Notes: generated from the letters alone by a model not told the origin. DNA of 32,000 nt from an uncultured Erysipelotrichaceae bacterium (GCA_942492995.1 OW818653.1:1170001-1202000); one strand, 5' to 3'. Counted from the stretch's first letter, positions 1-9,109 are shown. Translations and numbers: made by a program.

Positions 1-253
1 CTTTGGAATAAAACATAACCGTAAATGATTGATTAAGCTCAACAACACTAAATAAATGACTATCGGGGTATATTGGAACTAAATCGCTCGGAAACGATTC
101 TGGCAGAGTAACTACAACTTCTTCATCATCTTCCACATCTATAACAGGCATTTCTTCTACAGGTTCTTCTTCTTTAGAACATGCGGTCAAACTTATACCT
201 AAGATTAACAATACAATGACTAATAACAATTTAGAAAGTATGGATTTATGCAT
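1..253 (-). CDS. Lipoprotein, N-terminal part (gene continues beyond position 1)
   Basis: Not in the ORF track because it runs off the window. The reverse complement from ATG 253..251 reads MHKSILSKLLLVIVLLILGISLTACSKEEEPVEE... This has a basic n-region, a hydrophobic core and the lipobox L-T-A-C. An AAAGGAG Shine-Dalgarno (265..259) lies 5 nt upstream. Confidence 0.6.
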   Translation of the reverse strand, partial: MHKSILSKLLLVIVLLILGISLTACSKEEEPVEEMPVIDVEDDEEVVVTLPESFPSDLVPIYPDSHLFSVVELNQSFTVMFYSK

Positions 254-370
254 AATAACTCCTTTCAGTTTGAACTATCCGGAATAACAACATTTTAATC
301 CCTTCTATTTAAATCATAGGCTCTATAAAGCTTTTCGTCAATTAATGTGAAAAATGATAGAATAGGATTA

Positions 371-1375
371 ATGAAATCTCAAAACTACCCCTGGATTGAT
401 CGTGTTAAGTATTTAGTATCATTTTTGGTATTAATCATCCATTTTAGACCTTTATCCGACTATAATCCGATTGTTGATTTTAGTTCTGCACAGATTGTTG
501 CTAGAATTGCCGTACCCTTCTTTTTTATAAGTGCAGGTTATTTTATTGGCGTTAATGGTTTAGAGAAGAATGTAGTCATGAAATCAATTAAAAAGAACTT
601 CAAACTGTATATCGTTTGGACAATAATTTATCTTCCTATATCCATTATTATATTTATGCCTCAATATCCAAATATCCTATTAAATTTAACTGTATTAGGT
701 GTTTATTTTCATTTATGGTTTATTCCAGCACTTATATTCTCTTTAATTGCTTTGTATTATTTAAGTAAATTCCTCAAGCCTCTCACAATCACACTTATTG
801 CGTTTATCTTTTTTGTGATTGGTGTCTTTGGGGACGCATACTACGGAGTTTTACAAAACGGTTTATTTCTTGATGGTATGAATAAATATTTAGATGTATT
901 TACCACTACACGTAATGGTTTATTCTTTGGACTATTGTTTGTATCACTTGGTTACTTCATCCAAAAGTCAGAAATTACGTCAAAGATTAATGTGAAAGTC
1001 GCATGGATTGGTTTTATTGTTAGCTATTTACTCATGTTTGTAGAAATGGGATTATTGATGACTTACACTAAACCATTTGAATATAATATGTACTTCAGTA
1101 TAATACCTACTACTTTCTTCTTATTTGCGATTTGTTTAAACTATCCGTCAGATGATAAATCAATTGATATACGTAATAAGGCAACACTAATCTACTTCTC
1201 ACATTTTATTGTTTACTTTGTATGCTTTGGATTAATCTCTATTTTAAAATTGGATTTCCTTCTACGTTCAAGCTTAAGTCGATATTTAATCATAGTATTC
1301 TTCTCAATACTCTTCGCGAATTTTGTGATTAAACAAAAAAAGAGAAATAAAAAATGGGCTAATTATTTAGTTTAG
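371..1375 (+). CDS. Integral membrane acyltransferase family 3-like protein
   Basis: ORF 347..1375. About 10 hydrophobic helices. The N-terminus (W-I-D-R-V-K-Y-L-V-x-F-L-V-L-I-I-H) resembles the R/K-x-D-x-x-K...H start of acyltransferase_3 proteins. I prefer ATG 371 over the GTG at 347, because TGATAGAAT (355..363) looks like an extended -10 box. Confidence 0.5.
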   Translation: MKSQNYPWIDRVKYLVSFLVLIIHFRPLSDYNPIVDFSSAQIVARIAVPFFFISAGYFIGVNGLEKNVVMKSIKKNFKLYIVWTIIYLPISIIIFMPQYPNILLNLTVLGVYFHLWFIPALIFSLIALYYLSKFLKPLTITLIAFIFFVIGVFGDAYYGVLQNGLFLDGMNKYLDVFTTTRNGLFFGLLFVSLGYFIQKSEITSKINVKVAWIGFIVSYLLMFVEMGLLMTYTKPFEYNMYFSIIPTTFFLFAICLNYPSDDKSIDIRNKATLIYFSHFIVYFVCFGLISILKLDFLLRSSLSRYLIIVFFSILFANFVIKQKKRNKKWANYLV

Positions 1376-2386
1376 CCCATTGTATATACGTAGTATTGAT
1401 TCACACTCATTCTTCATTAATTTTACATTCTGATGGTTTCTCGAATTATCTACTTCATTTACGTGATGAAACTGGAAGTTCGATTTTTTTATGTTCGTAA
1501 AATCGATTGACTCGAATACTGTTAATAACTCATTTATTATTTCAATATCATCGTCGGATATTGTTTCATTTAATCCAGATGTTATAAATAAACAGTCATA
1601 CGCACAATGTGAAATATTTTTGATATGCATGACAACTTTTAATAAATCATCTAACTTATCCTTTTCACCTTTATTAAATGGTATAAAATTCTCTTTCATC
1701 ATCGTCTCTAGATTCGCTTTAACCATATCGACATCATTAAATATACTTGCTAGTATAAACTCCGTATTAGTCGAAAGTTCTCGATTCTTTAATCCATTTA
1801 AACTATGTTTAATCGCATTGGTTGCTTGTAGTTTAACGAACTCTACACGTTTACGACCAATCTTCTGATAATAGAACAATGAGAATAAGAAGTTAAAAAC
1901 TAACGCAATTACTACCCCAAGACCCAATGCGACAATTCTCAATCGGAATGTCAGTAATACACTTGGTAAACCTAGATCATTTGTCTGGATCAACTGAGTC
2001 ATATATATACTTGTAAAGATTGCGACTGGAGATACCATTCTGTAATCGATTTTAAGTGCTACATAAAGTGTTAAACCAATCCCTAACGCAACCGTTAAGA
2101 ATGTTACTTGATAACCCATTAAATAAACTAAGAATCCTGTTATTAGTGCGCCTAATGTAGATGCGAGTAATTGATTGACTCCACCTTTTAAACCTAATAC
2201 ATTTATTGGTTCAAGATTGTACATAACCCCAAGTAGTACAGATATCATATCTAATCGAGTTATCGCAAATGTTCTTCCTAGGATAAATCCAACACTTATC
2301 GCACACATTGCCTTAGCGATGTATAACCAAGAATCGAGTAAAACAGCTTCTCTTTTTAATCCAAATATTTTCATTATTGTATTCAT
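1367..2386 (-). CDS. Aromatic acid exporter (ArAE)/FUSC-like membrane protein (UPF0421-type)
   Basis: The N-terminal half has about 5 TM helices (FILGRTFAITRLDMISVLLGVMYNLEP... pattern). The C-terminal half is a soluble helical domain. Its start overlaps the stop of the upstream DUF5131 gene (ATGA, 2383..2386). Confidence 0.5.
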   Translation of the reverse strand: MNTIMKIFGLKREAVLLDSWLYIAKAMCAISVGFILGRTFAITRLDMISVLLGVMYNLEPINVLGLKGGVNQLLASTLGALITGFLVYLMGYQVTFLTVALGIGLTLYVALKIDYRMVSPVAIFTSIYMTQLIQTNDLGLPSVLLTFRLRIVALGLGVVIALVFNFLFSLFYYQKIGRKRVEFVKLQATNAIKHSLNGLKNRELSTNTEFILASIFNDVDMVKANLETMMKENFIPFNKGEKDKLDDLLKVVMHIKNISHCAYDCLFITSGLNETISDDDIEIINELLTVFESIDFTNIKKSNFQFHHVNEVDNSRNHQNVKLMKNECESILRIYNGLN

Positions 2387-3129
2387 ATTACGTCCTCATT
2401 ACGGTATTCCGCATTTCTATAGCGTGTATTTATGTTCGCACGTTTAGCCTGACTTAATTGATTCATTCTTTCAATTTTATAATTCTTATTCTGCTTAATA
2501 AAATTAGCACCTGTTTGTTTAAATGTAAAATCTATTTTATGTAATTCAACTTGTGATCTTAAATCTAAAACCCAATCGTAATTACACACTCTTGCATTTG
2601 GGCCACTTTCTCCACCAACTAATACCTCTTCTATAGATTGATCAAGGTAATCACTTAAATCAATTCTCTCTAAAATTGGTTCACATATAATAATCTTATG
2701 TTTTATAGGATACAACTTGAATAATGGTAAACGTAAATCCGCTTGTGTTTGATTTTCAACTGTACATGCGATTGTCACATTATCATAACCTAATTCCCAA
2801 TCACTTGGGATACATTCTAAAAATCGATTAATCCGTTTTGTGATAATAAAGAAATGACAATCAACTCGCTCTTTTATCATACTCCAAACATCATTTCTCC
2901 ATTCATCTGCTTCTTCAATAAAAAAATCAGATGTTAAGCAGGTATAAAGTGTTGTATTACTTTTCACTTTATACGTTCCATCTTTTTTCTTTTGAATTGG
3001 TAAACTAAATGCTTGAGTCTTACGAACTGTATTTGCGTCACGATCAAATCGTTCATCTCCTCTAAACATATAACAATTTACACATCCAGCACTAATTTTG
3101 TGACACCCATGCCAAGGATTATAACTCAT
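2383..3129 (-). CDS. DUF5131 (phage Gp37/Gp68 family) three-Cys-motif protein
   Basis: The sequence NPWHGCHKISAGCVNCY (C-x6-C-x2-C), ...LTSDFF..., HFFIITKR, EPILE, VGGESGPNAR and FTFKQTG match the conserved blocks of the family in the right order. The ORF track begins at TTG 3147. I prefer ATG 3129 (MSYNPWHGC). Confidence 0.8.
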   Translation of the reverse strand: MSYNPWHGCHKISAGCVNCYMFRGDERFDRDANTVRKTQAFSLPIQKKKDGTYKVKSNTTLYTCLTSDFFIEEADEWRNDVWSMIKERVDCHFFIITKRINRFLECIPSDWELGYDNVTIACTVENQTQADLRLPLFKLYPIKHKIIICEPILERIDLSDYLDQSIEEVLVGGESGPNARVCNYDWVLDLRSQVELHKIDFTFKQTGANFIKQNKNYKIERMNQLSQAKRANINTRYRNAEYRNEDVI

Positions 3130-3140
3130 ATTTAAAGTAT

Positions 3141-3165
3141 ACAACAAAACCGGCTTTTACCGGTT
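3141..3165 (-). terminator. Weak hairpin/partial terminator between pflA and the DUF5131 gene
   Basis: Minus strand AACCGG-TAAAAG-CCGGTT followed by TTGTTG. The pflA TAA stop (3159..3157) sits in the loop. The stem is short and the U-tract imperfect, so read-through is likely. Confidence 0.35.
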
Positions 3166-3900
3166 CTGTTTATAATATTCGATTTTTTCAAACAATAAAT
3201 CCGATAGTATTTTTAATTTATCTGGATTCATTGCCTCAACACCTTCAAGTGGGTATTTATAATCGAGCTTTTTGTACTTACTTGTCCCAAGTGTATGATA
3301 AGGAAGAAGTTCTATCTTTTCGACATTCTTTATCCCAGCAATTAATCTCGCGGTTTCATCAATGTTTACTTCGTTATCATTTAATCCAGGCACAATAACT
3401 TGTCTAAGCCAAAACTTAACATTCAAGCTTTGCGCTAATTCTAAGAAATCACTTGTGACTTGCATATCTTGGCCTGTAATCTTTTGATATAACTCAGGAT
3501 TTGCGGCTTTAATATCGTATATTACAAGATCTGTATGACTTAATATTTCTGGTAAGAATGGACTTCTACTGTATCCTGATGTATCAAGACAGGTATTAAT
3601 TCCAGCTTCTTTTAGTACTCTTAATGATTCATTTAAGTACGATGCTTGCATCAATGGTTCACCACCACTAAATGTAACACCCCCCATATCACCATAATAG
3701 GGTTTATAACGTTTCACTAAATTCAATAGCTTCAATGTGTCCATTTGAATACCCGATTCTTGTTGCCAAGTCTCAGGATTATGACAGTATAAACATCTTA
3801 GTGGACAACCTGAAAGGAAGAATAAGGTTCTTATGCCAGGACCATCCACTGTGGCAAATGTTTCTATTTTGTTTATGAAACCGATTTTAGATTGATTCAT
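3157..3900 (-). CDS. pflA: Pyruvate formate-lyase activating enzyme (radical SAM)
   Basis: [14 protein letters not shown] (CX3CX2C) follows [25 protein letters not shown] is also present. Size is 247 aa. The gene overlaps the 3' end of pflB by 14 nt. Confidence 0.93.
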   Translation of the reverse strand: MNQSKIGFINKIETFATVDGPGIRTLFFLSGCPLRCLYCHNPETWQQESGIQMDTLKLLNLVKRYKPYYGDMGGVTFSGGEPLMQASYLNESLRVLKEAGINTCLDTSGYSRSPFLPEILSHTDLVIYDIKAANPELYQKITGQDMQVTSDFLELAQSLNVKFWLRQVIVPGLNDNEVNIDETARLIAGIKNVEKIELLPYHTLGTSKYKKLDYKYPLEGVEAMNPDKLKILSDLLFEKIEYYKQNR

Positions 3901-6112
3901 GGAAAGTACGTTTTAGAACTTCCAATTGTTGAGATTTTGTTAGACGGTTGAAATGAACCGCATACCCAGAAACACGGATGGTTAGATTTGGGTATAATTC
4001 AGGATGATCCATTGCCATCATTAACACTTCACGAGAATAAACATTAACGTTCAAGTGATGTGCGTTTTGCGCAAAGTAACCATCTAAGATTGAGACTGTA
4101 TTAATAACTTGTTCTTCTTTTGTCTTACCCAATGTTTCAGGTAGGATAGAGAATGTATTACTTACACCATCTTGACATACATCATCATATGGAATCTTCG
4201 CTACTGAGTTAAGAGAAGCTAAAGCACCAGATGTATCACGTCCATGCATTGGGTTAGCCCCAGGTGCGAACGCTTCACCTTTCTTACGACCATCAGGAGT
4301 TGACCCTGTCTTTAGACCGTATACAACGTTTGATGTGATAGTAAGAATGGATAGAGTATGAACTGCCTCACGATATAATGCATGTTCCTTCAACTTAGCT
4401 GCGAAACGTTTAACAACATCTACTGCAATTAAGTCAACACGATCATCATCATTACCGAATTTAGGGAAATCACCTTCGATTTCGAAGTCTACCGCTAAAC
4501 CATGTTCATTACGAATCGGTTTTACTTTAGCAAACTTAATTGCGGATAGAGAGTCAGCGACTACGGACAATCCAGCTGCACCAAACGCCATTAAACGCGT
4601 GATGTGTGTATCATGTAGAGCCATCATGCTCTTTTCATATGCATATTTATCGTGCATGAAGTGGATAATATTCATTGTATCGACATACAACTTAGCTGTC
4701 TTATCCATCATTAGATCAAATAATTCATTAACTTTATCGTAATCAAGCACTTCATCAGTATAGTCAGGAATACCATCAATGATCTTCTCATTGTAGTTTT
4801 CATCACGTCCACCATTGATTGCATATAACAATGCTTTAGCTAAGTTCGTACGTGCACCAAAGTATTGCATTTGCTTACCAATTTGCATCGCACTTACGCA
4901 ACATGCAATCGCATAATCCGTCTTATAAAGTGGTGACATTAAGTCATCATTTTCATATTGAATAGCGCCAGTTTGGATGGACATTTTAGCACAGTACTTC
5001 TTAAAGTTTACTGGTAATAAATCTGACCATAACACTGTCATATTTGGTTCAGGAGCAGGTCCTAAGTTACTTAAGCTATGTAAATATCTGAATGAGTTCT
5101 TAGTCACAAGTGGTTGACCATTACTGGAAACGCCACCAATTGATTCAGTAACCCAAGTAGGATCACCCGCAAACAACTCATCGTATTCAGGAGAACGTAA
5201 ATGACGAACTAAACGTAGTTTAATAATGAATTGATCAATAAGTTCTTGTGCAAATGTTTCATCAATTAAACCTTTTTGTAAATCACGTTCAATATAAATA
5301 TCTAAGAACGTTGAAGTACGGCCTAATGACATCGCTGCGCCGTTATTTTCTTTAACTGCAGCTAAATATGCAAAGTATAACCACTGAACAGCTTCTTGAG
5401 CATTTTGAGCAGGACCTGAGATATCAAATCCATAGGTTGCTGCCATTTTCTTCATATCATTTAACGCTCTGATTTGATCACTCACTTCTTCACGTAAACG
5501 AATGTTAACTTCTGTAATATCTGTAATTTCCGCATGATCTTGTTTCTTAAATGCGATTAATTGATCAATCCCATATAACGCAACTCTACGGTAATCTCCG
5601 ATAATACGTCCACGACCATACGCATCTGGTAAACCAGTTAATAATCCCGTATGACGTGCTTTTTTCATACCTGAAGTATACGCATCAAATACACCTTGAT
5701 TATGTGTCTTTGAATAGTCATTGAAGAACTTCTCAAATTCAGGTTTCATTTGTCTTCCATATACTTCTAAGATTTTTGACGCTAATTTAATTCCACCATA
5801 AGGGTTGATAATACGTTTAAGTGGTGCATCTGTCTGTAAACCAACAATTGATTCATTTTCTCTGATAATATAACCAGGTTTAAAGCTGTTTACGCCAGAG
5901 ATAGAATCCATTTCTATATCTAAAACGCCTAAACGTCTTTCTTCTAACAATAACTCTTCACAACGTTCCCAAACCTTCGCTGTATTCTTAGAAATAGGTG
6001 CTAAAAACGCATCATCTCCTGAATAAGTTGTGAAATTTAAACGGATAAAATCTTCTACATCAATATCTTTCTGCCAATAGCCTTCTTTAAAATTTTCCCA
6101 TGCTTTTTCCAT
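3887..6112 (-). CDS. pflB: Formate C-acetyltransferase (pyruvate formate-lyase, glycyl radical enzyme)
   Basis: 741 aa. It carries the glycyl-radical signature RVSGYAVHF near the C-terminus and the catalytic Cys pair [17 protein letters not shown] lies 6 nt before the ATG. Confidence 0.97.
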   Translation of the reverse strand: MEKAWENFKEGYWQKDIDVEDFIRLNFTTYSGDDAFLAPISKNTAKVWERCEELLLEERRLGVLDIEMDSISGVNSFKPGYIIRENESIVGLQTDAPLKRIINPYGGIKLASKILEVYGRQMKPEFEKFFNDYSKTHNQGVFDAYTSGMKKARHTGLLTGLPDAYGRGRIIGDYRRVALYGIDQLIAFKKQDHAEITDITEVNIRLREEVSDQIRALNDMKKMAATYGFDISGPAQNAQEAVQWLYFAYLAAVKENNGAAMSLGRTSTFLDIYIERDLQKGLIDETFAQELIDQFIIKLRLVRHLRSPEYDELFAGDPTWVTESIGGVSSNGQPLVTKNSFRYLHSLSNLGPAPEPNMTVLWSDLLPVNFKKYCAKMSIQTGAIQYENDDLMSPLYKTDYAIACCVSAMQIGKQMQYFGARTNLAKALLYAINGGRDENYNEKIIDGIPDYTDEVLDYDKVNELFDLMMDKTAKLYVDTMNIIHFMHDKYAYEKSMMALHDTHITRLMAFGAAGLSVVADSLSAIKFAKVKPIRNEHGLAVDFEIEGDFPKFGNDDDRVDLIAVDVVKRFAAKLKEHALYREAVHTLSILTITSNVVYGLKTGSTPDGRKKGEAFAPGANPMHGRDTSGALASLNSVAKIPYDDVCQDGVSNTFSILPETLGKTKEEQVINTVSILDGYFAQNAHHLNVNVYSREVLMMAMDHPELYPNLTIRVSGYAVHFNRLTKSQQLEVLKRTFHESI

Positions 6113-6142
6113 AGAACACTCCTTTATTGACTAAACATAGGT

Positions 6143-6168
6143 ATTCTACCATAGTGATTTACATCACA
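6143..6168 (-). promoter_or_regulatory. pflB promoter (extended -10 TGGTAGAAT) overlapped by a Rex/CRP-FNR-like palindrome TGTGA-N6-TCACT
   Basis: Minus strand reads CTGTGATGTAAATCACTATGGTAGAAT. The inverted repeat is at 6168..6153 and TAGAAT at 6148..6143. The palindrome covers the -35/spacer region. Confidence 0.4.
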
Positions 6169-6194
6169 GTAGTATTATTATCTTGTTTTTTTAA

Positions 6195-6208
6195 TGTAAG
6201 CGCTTATA
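6195..6208. promoter_or_regulatory. cre-like (CcpA) site TGTAAGCGCTTATA
   Basis: One mismatch to the TGWNANCGNTNWCA cre consensus. It lies about 65 bp upstream of the predicted pflB transcription start, in the divergent pflB/response-regulator intergenic region. Confidence 0.45.
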
Positions 6209-6244
6209 TACGAAAAGTTTCATCTTTCTTTCTTTTCTACCAAT

Positions 6245-6264
6245 TTTGCGTCAGTTTTGCGTAA
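6245..6264 (+). promoter_or_regulatory. 11-bp-phased direct repeat TTTGCGTCA-gt-TTTGCGTAA (putative OmpR-family operator, copy 1)
   Basis: Seen directly in the sequence. It sits 20 bp upstream of TATACT (6285..6290), in front of the response regulator gene. The same motif recurs at 8338..8357. Confidence 0.5.
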
Positions 6265-6296
6265 CATTTTTAGTTTGTTTACACTATACTAAAACT

Positions 6297-6986
6297 ATGA
6301 ACATGATCTACTTAGCGGAAGATGAAACCGCAATACGCGAAACGATTATAAGCTTTCTAAGTTCTGAAGGTTACCAAGTTATTGGATTCGAGAACGGTGA
6401 TGCTTTATACGATCAATTTATTAAACAATCCTGTGATTTGGTTATTTTAGATGTGAATATGCCAGGCAATAATGGCTTTGAAATCACTAAGAAAATCAGA
6501 CAAAATAGTATCGTTCCCATTCTACTTCTTACTGCTCGAGATAGTGATTTAGATTATGCGACTGGAATAAATCTTGGTAGTGATGATTATTTCACTAAAC
6601 CATTTAGCGCTATCGCATTGGTCATGCGTGTAAAAGCATTATTACGTCGTGTTGAGATGGACCAAAAATCAAATGATTCAAACCCAAAAGAAATCGATCA
6701 GAATGGTGATTTAAGTATTAATCGTAAGACACTCGAAGTAAAGATTAATGACCAAACCATTGATCTTACGCCAATGGAATATCAAGTTTTATGTTACTTT
6801 TTTGATCATAAAGAAAAAGCGATTTCACGCGATGAACTTCTAAATAATGTTTGGGGTTATAGTAAAGAAGTTGAAACTCGTGCATGTGATGATACAATAC
6901 GCCGTTTAAGAAAGAAATTAGAACTCAGTCAAGTTCAAATAGAGACAATTTGGGGATTTGGCTTTAAATTAGGGTTGAAACAATGA
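6297..6986 (+). CDS. OmpR/PhoB-family response regulator
   Basis: Receiver domain: LAEDE, the phospho-acceptor context VILDVNMPG, and KPF. C-terminal winged helix: LTPMEYQVL...VWG...IRRLRKKL...GFGFKL. The ORF track start at TTG 6246 is rejected because it covers the operator and promoter. ATG 6297 gives MNMIYLAEDE. Confidence 0.9.
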   Translation: MNMIYLAEDETAIRETIISFLSSEGYQVIGFENGDALYDQFIKQSCDLVILDVNMPGNNGFEITKKIRQNSIVPILLLTARDSDLDYATGINLGSDDYFTKPFSAIALVMRVKALLRRVEMDQKSNDSNPKEIDQNGDLSINRKTLEVKINDQTIDLTPMEYQVLCYFFDHKEKAISRDELLNNVWGYSKEVETRACDDTIRRLRKKLELSQVQIETIWGFGFKLGLKQ

Positions 6987-8326
6987 TAAAGAAACCGCTA
7001 TCCATAAAGTTTAGATTTATGTCATACATTACCGTCGTTCTTATCGGTGTTTTTATCGTAATCACATATACTTTTAATACTGTTTTTACCCAGTATATTG
7101 AATCCAATGCGACGAAAGCACTTGAATACAATCGAAGTTTTATAACGGGTGGTGACGATGGTCCACGTCAACATGAGTTTAGCAATCAAACACAATTAAT
7201 CGTAATTAATTCTAATTATCAAATCATTGAAGATCGACCGATTCCAAATCTACCGAATACAGATCCAAAGATATCAATTGTACAAGCGATTAAGGATAGC
7301 GAAATTAGTTTAGAAACACAATCCATTGAACAAATACTCGTCAATGATCAACCTGTCTATTTTACAGTTGTGACGAGTGATAAAACGCCAGGTTACTACC
7401 TTATTTTCTATATTCAAATGGATTCCCTTACAACTTTCCAAGATAATGTGACATATGCATTATGGATTATTATGTTTATTGTATTAGGTTTAGCTCTTAT
7501 CACTATGAATTTTATGACAAACTCGATTGTTAAACCAATCAAAGCTGTTCAGAAATTTGCGCATCGTATTGGTGAAGGCGACACATCAAATGAATATGTT
7601 CATTATCCCGATCTTGAAATCAATCAACTAAATGCTTCTATGAATGATATGGTTAATAAACTTAACGCTCAAGATGAATCGCAACGTTCGTTTTTCCAAA
7701 ATGTGTCTCACGAATTAAGAACACCACTTCAAATCATAAAATCACAAACAGAAGCTGTACAAGCCGGTTTAACACCTATCAATACCGCAGCTCAAACAAT
7801 CCACACTGAAGTTGATAATTTAAGTCAATTAGTTGATGATATTCTAGTACTTTCTCGCTTAGAGAGTAAGAGTAATGAATTGATTAAATCTAAGAATGAT
7901 TTACGTGAAACTATTAGTTCTACGAGTGAGCGATATCGTAGTTTAGCTAACCAAAAAAATATAGCGTTTAACTTTGAATTTGATTTAAAACCAGTTTATT
8001 TTGACTATAATGAATCGTCAATGGAAAAAGTTATTTCTAATTTATTAAGTAACGCATTAAGGTATGCGAACCATACCATCACATTAAGATGTATGAGTCA
8101 AAATGATTGGATATTAATTGAAATTGAGGATGATGGGGATGGAATTCTTGAAGAAAATATACCGTATCTATTTGATCGATTCTACAAGGATAAAACAGGT
8201 CAATACGGTATTGGATTAAGCATTGTTCAATCCATCATACATTCATACAATGGTCATATTGATGTTAAATCAAACCCAGGCAAAACATGTTTCACAATCT
8301 TACTCTACCCAAATTACCCAGCTTAG
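6983..8326 (+). CDS. Sensor histidine kinase (2 TM, extracytoplasmic loop, HAMP, HisKA, HATPase_c)
   Basis: H-box FFQNVSHELRTPL, N-box LSNALRYA, G-boxes EDDGDGI and GIGLSIV. TM helices at about aa 15-35 and 158-178. The start overlaps the RR stop (ATGA). Confidence 0.9.
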   Translation: MIKKPLSIKFRFMSYITVVLIGVFIVITYTFNTVFTQYIESNATKALEYNRSFITGGDDGPRQHEFSNQTQLIVINSNYQIIEDRPIPNLPNTDPKISIVQAIKDSEISLETQSIEQILVNDQPVYFTVVTSDKTPGYYLIFYIQMDSLTTFQDNVTYALWIIMFIVLGLALITMNFMTNSIVKPIKAVQKFAHRIGEGDTSNEYVHYPDLEINQLNASMNDMVNKLNAQDESQRSFFQNVSHELRTPLQIIKSQTEAVQAGLTPINTAAQTIHTEVDNLSQLVDDILVLSRLESKSNELIKSKNDLRETISSTSERYRSLANQKNIAFNFEFDLKPVYFDYNESSMEKVISNLLSNALRYANHTITLRCMSQNDWILIEIEDDGDGILEENIPYLFDRFYKDKTGQYGIGLSIVQSIIHSYNGHIDVKSNPGKTCFTILLYPNYPA

Positions 8327-8340
8327 CTGGGTTTTTCTTT
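8317..8340 (+). terminator. Rho-independent terminator of the two-component operon
   Basis: CCCAGC-TTA-GCTGGG followed by TTTTTCTTT. The HK stop codon TAG (8324..8326) spans the loop and the first base of the 3' stem arm. Confidence 0.6.
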
Positions 8341-8357
8341 GCGTCAAACTTGCGACA
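8338..8357 (+). promoter_or_regulatory. 11-bp-phased direct repeat TTTGCGTCA-aa-CTTGCGACA (putative OmpR-family operator, copy 2)
   Basis: Same motif and phasing as 6245..6264. It follows the TCS terminator directly and lies upstream of TATACT (8400..8405) and the GGAGG SD of the VTC gene. Confidence 0.5.
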
Positions 8358-8425
8358 TATTTCTATCGTTTTACCGTAAGAACAAATTCCTACATTTTTC
8401 TATACTTAGTGTAGGAGGTAAGAAA

Positions 8426-9109
8426 ATGACACATATACTTCGCAATGAGTTGAAATATGAAATTCCATTAAAAGAGAAAAATAGCTTAATCGAACGTTTA
8501 AATCCAGTTTTAAAACTTGATCCACATTCATCTTATGATGGTTATTTGGTTAAAAGTTTATACTTCGATGATTATTTTGAATCAGCGTTAAATGACAACT
8601 TAGAAGGCAATCAAATAAGACACAAATATCGTATACGATTTTACAATTCAAATACGTCATACATCTGTTTAGAGAAGAAAGTTAAAGTATTAAACAAAGG
8701 TTATAAAGAAAGTGTTTGTATCAGTGAAGATGAAGTAAGAATGATTCTTAATGGTTCATATGATTGGATGTTAGAGAAAAAGAATAACGTATTAATGGAG
8801 TTGTATACCGAGATAAAAAATAAAGGGTTAAGACCTAAAACAGTAATTGTTTATCAAAGAATTCCATACTTATTTCAAGCCGGGAATATACGTATTACCC
8901 TTGATTTCAATATTCATTCCACCAATCAAATTGAACATTTTCTTGATATAAACAAATCATTTGTACCACACACTCAAGATCGATGTTTATTGGAAATTAA
9001 ATATGATGCGTTTATTCCAGACTTTATAAAACAACTTATTCAATTACCTCAATCGAATTGGATATCACATTCAAAATATGTCCAGAGTCGACTCATACAA
9101 AAACGTTAG
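8426..9109 (+). CDS. VTC domain protein (polyphosphate polymerase-type triphosphate tunnel domain), soluble
   Basis: Blocks R-N-E-L-K-Y-E-I, YRIRFYN, LEKKVK, YQRIPY, IRITLDFN, LEIKYD and SKY match the conserved basic/acidic tunnel residues of VTC/CYTH-like domains. GTAGGAGG SD precedes ATG 8426. The longer ORF from TTG 8339 is rejected. Confidence 0.85.
   Translation: MTHILRNELKYEIPLKEKNSLIERLNPVLKLDPHSSYDGYLVKSLYFDDYFESALNDNLEGNQIRHKYRIRFYNSNTSYICLEKKVKVLNKGYKESVCISEDEVRMILNGSYDWMLEKKNNVLMELYTEIKNKGLRPKTVIVYQRIPYLFQAGNIRITLDFNIHSTNQIEHFLDINKSFVPHTQDRCLLEIKYDAFIPDFIKQLIQLPQSNWISHSKYVQSRLIQKR

Noticed and set aside
1491-2447. Plus-strand ORFs 1491..1868 and 2175..2447, antisense to the ArAE/FUSC-like gene
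   Set aside because: They are shadow ORFs inside a well-supported minus-strand membrane protein gene. The translations are low-complexity (S/N/I-rich). They have no SD, promoter or recognisable motif.
2383-3129. Possibility that the Gp37/Gp68-family gene marks a prophage or mobile island
   Set aside because: There is no integrase, terminase, capsid, tail or repeat-flank signature anywhere in the window. The flanking genes are core metabolism (pflBA), and composition looks uniform by eye.
6246-6296. N-terminal extensions given by the ORF track (RR from TTG 6246; VTC from TTG 8339; beta-helix protein from 10173; NuoE-like from 19983; DUF5131 from TTG 3147; rbr from 27821; ceramidase-like from GTG 31520)
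   Set aside because: The extensions cover promoters, operators, terminator hairpins or SD sequences. They add residues that do not belong to the conserved N-termini. Internal ATG starts with proper signals fit better.
8223-8414. 63-aa ORF bridging the HK 3' end and the VTC upstream region
   Set aside because: It crosses the TCS terminator and the putative operator and is in a different frame from the HK. There is no SD.
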